A stretch of DNA of 58,380 bases from a virus (Duplodnaviria > Caudoviricetes), in the IMG/VR virus record IMGVR_UViG_3300028840_000492, positions 1-58,380 of that record. The stretch is one strand, 5' to 3'. The translations under genes were made by a program, and so were the position numbers. Below are positions 56,375 through 58,380 of the stretch, piece after piece (position 1 is the first letter of the stretch; the number at the start of each line of letters is the position of its first letter). The notes beneath the pieces were generated by a model. It was not told the origin of the DNA, made no database searches, and saw nothing but the letters and a program-made list of their open reading frames with translations.

Positions 56375-57544
56375 TTAGTTAACTCCTTTACAGTTGATGA
56401 TTGGTTTAATGAAATTTGATATTCTCATGTTAAACTCTTGAGCCTCTAATACTTGAATTATATCCTTATACGCATCAGGGGCTTCATCGAGATTACGAGA
56501 ACTGACTGTGGCTGCTACATCAGCCTCAATTACCTGTTGTCTAAAGTCCTCTACTTTCAGTGTTTTCTTAGCTTGATTCCTGCTCATGGTTCTACCAGCG
56601 CCATGAGAGGCAGATATTAAACCCATAGAATCACACTCACCCTTTGCCAGAAATGTACCAGTAGTTACACTGCCTGGGATAACCATCTTTTTATCCTTTG
56701 AGGCGTCAATAGCTCCCTTCCTATGGATGAAAGCCTTTCTTTCTGCGTTATATTCAACATAGTTATGAGGGCAGAAGATAGCATTAACAACAGAGGCGTA
56801 TCCATAGATACCTAAATCCTGCATAATTCTAGACATTTTCTCTTTAATACTCTTATGACTGTCCTCTACGAATCTTGACAACCAATGCCTATCTTGTAGA
56901 TAATCCATGCAGAGCTGACTCTCATTCTCAAAGTAATGCTTATTGCTGTTCTTGAGAATGTCCATATAATGCTGAGCCACATCATGCCCAATACCACGGC
57001 TACCAGTGTGTATAACAAACCACACTTGAGGGTCATCGTCTGAGATTCCTATCTCTATGAAATGATTACCACTGCCGAGTGTACCCATCTGCTCAATATA
57101 ATTCTTTTCAGTCCAGAACTTTTGCAGAGCAGCACTGCAAGGGGTGTATGATGCAGCATAGAATCTTTCAGGCTCTTTATACCGCTTAGTACCCATTGGT
57201 ATACGCTCCTCAATAGCTGCCTTAATAGCATCTTGGTTCTGGTATACCTCATCTATAGCGAATGTAGTTGGCGTAGCTGATACTGAGCAATAAATATCAT
57301 AGCCAACAACCTCTGGCATAACTGCTTTTGATGCTAAAGCTGTGCCGATCGGTACGCTATAGCCGAGGTGAGCATCTGGCATTAGCTCTGCTCCTATCAC
57401 AACGTCATCGTTTTCCAACATAAACTCCTCTAATTGATCGACAACGTCCTTACCGTACAGATTATCTGCTTGTTTAGATTCTAAGGCGCTATACCCCATG
57501 TAATGATGACGTTTATTATTGATGTATATGGTACTACAGGTCAT
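56375..57544 (-). CDS. rtcB: RtcB RNA ligase
   Basis: MPDAHLG..VPIG, VGYDIYC, GTLGSGNHFIE, HTGSRG, HN, HRKGA, SHGAGR, DEAPDAYK. Confidence 0.95.
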   Translation of the reverse strand: MTCSTIYINNKRHHYMGYSALESKQADNLYGKDVVDQLEEFMLENDDVVIGAELMPDAHLGYSVPIGTALASKAVMPEVVGYDIYCSVSATPTTFAIDEVYQNQDAIKAAIEERIPMGTKRYKEPERFYAASYTPCSAALQKFWTEKNYIEQMGTLGSGNHFIEIGISDDDPQVWFVIHTGSRGIGHDVAQHYMDILKNSNKHYFENESQLCMDYLQDRHWLSRFVEDSHKSIKEKMSRIMQDLGIYGYASVVNAIFCPHNYVEYNAERKAFIHRKGAIDASKDKKMVIPGSVTTGTFLAKGECDSMGLISASHGAGRTMSRNQAKKTLKVEDFRQQVIEADVAATVSSRNLDEAPDAYKDIIQVLEAQEFNMRISNFIKPIINCKGVN

Positions 57545-57932
57545 AATTTTGCTCCTCTGCCCATTTAGGCATTTTTTTATAGTAAGTTATTGTTTTTGTT
57601 TTACCCTTTTTAGAACATTCCTTTTCCACCTCTATGTGTTTATCTATGTTTGCAAGCATAGGTTTTAATTCTTTAAATAATTTCCAAGGAATACATAGAC
57701 CTGAGTATGATATAGTATCCCCTACACGAGCACTCCATTCCCTCTGAGGACAGGTAGTGGTGGCACAAATACACTCAGAATCTTTTGTTTTCCCAAAATA
57801 AGGGTCGGTTTTATCCAACTCAGCATGAGATGGATAGTGTGTATGGCTGTGCTCACATTGGTTTTTGCCAGAATAAAACTGACAATGCAAACTGAATGAA
57901 CACACATAAAGTTCTGGTTTAATAGTCTTCAT
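57534..57932 (-). CDS. Cys/His-rich hypothetical protein
   Basis: Start moved to ATG 57932; YVC....C...CEHSHTH...C. Confidence 0.55.
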   Translation of the reverse strand: MKTIKPELYVCSFSLHCQFYSGKNQCEHSHTHYPSHAELDKTDPYFGKTKDSECICATTTCPQREWSARVGDTISYSGLCIPWKLFKELKPMLANIDKHIEVEKECSKKGKTKTITYYKKMPKWAEEQNYDL

Positions 57933-58359
57933 CTTCCCAATCACCACACTCACAATCATCGTAATGTTCCCCACATTCAGGACAATAATCACAATAATCG
58001 CAAGCCCCTTCACTGTTAAGTGCTTCACCACATGAATAACAATATTCATCAGCGTCTACTGGGTGCTGATGAGTAACAACCTTGAGTCTCTTGGTATCAT
58101 CCGTATCAAATAACTCAGCTATTTGATCGTGCAACATAAATCTATAGATGTTGCCGTTAGGATGGATTCTCAAAACTCGGTAGTGTTGTGTGCCTGAAGT
58201 CTTAGGGAGTACTAAAACAACGTCTATTCCGTCATTAGCAGGGCCAGACATCAAGAATTTGAATGTTAAAACAGATCCATCACGAAGTTTTAACCTACCA
58301 TCTTCTTCATGGTTATTGAGCCACTTAGTAAGATCAATTGGTTTGTTTTTCTTGGACAT
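57919..58359 (-). CDS. Hypothetical protein with acidic Cys-rich tail
   Basis: CYSC..CDYCDYCPEC...CEC. Confidence 0.65.
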   Translation of the reverse strand: MSKKNKPIDLTKWLNNHEEDGRLKLRDGSVLTFKFLMSGPANDGIDVVLVLPKTSGTQHYRVLRIHPNGNIYRFMLHDQIAELFDTDDTKRLKVVTHQHPVDADEYCYSCGEALNSEGACDYCDYCPECGEHYDDCECGDWEDEDY

Positions 58360-58380
58360 TATATTTTCCTTTCTATCTAT

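Noticed and set aside
1-58380. Alternative genetic code or prophage status
   Set aside because: Core genes are intact under the standard code and all three stops are used; no integrase, repressor or host genes were seen

Overview
Most or all of a ~58 kb lytic-looking tailed dsDNA phage with a podovirus-type virion, arranged as two convergent arms. The + arm (386-38443) carries packaging and morphogenesis genes: HTH small terminase, lambda GpA-type large terminase, P22-like portal, scaffold, N4-gp56-like major capsid protein, five paralogous decoration-like proteins, two adaptor paralogs, nozzle, three paralogous fibre-like proteins, ejection proteins and a 2560-aa internal protein with a lytic transglycosylase domain. 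The - arm (38492-58359) carries early and replication genes: RtcB RNA ligase, an ATP-grasp/amidoligase/class II glutamine amidotransferase trio, primase, a helicase broken by a frameshift, family A DNA polymerase, a Zn-finger-capped sigma factor, SSB-like protein, nucleases, M15 endolysin and nucleotide hydrolases. I saw no integrase, RNA polymerase, reverse transcriptase, tRNA or CRISPR array. The best novelty candidates are: a degenerate sigma70-like segment plus a gluzincin motif inside the giant injected protein; repeated gene duplication across the virion module; a Cys-rich/YkgJ Fe-S cassette inserted among the capsid genes; RtcB coupled to the amidoligase operon; and several structured intergenic elements. 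All calls come from reading motifs by eye; no database search was run.
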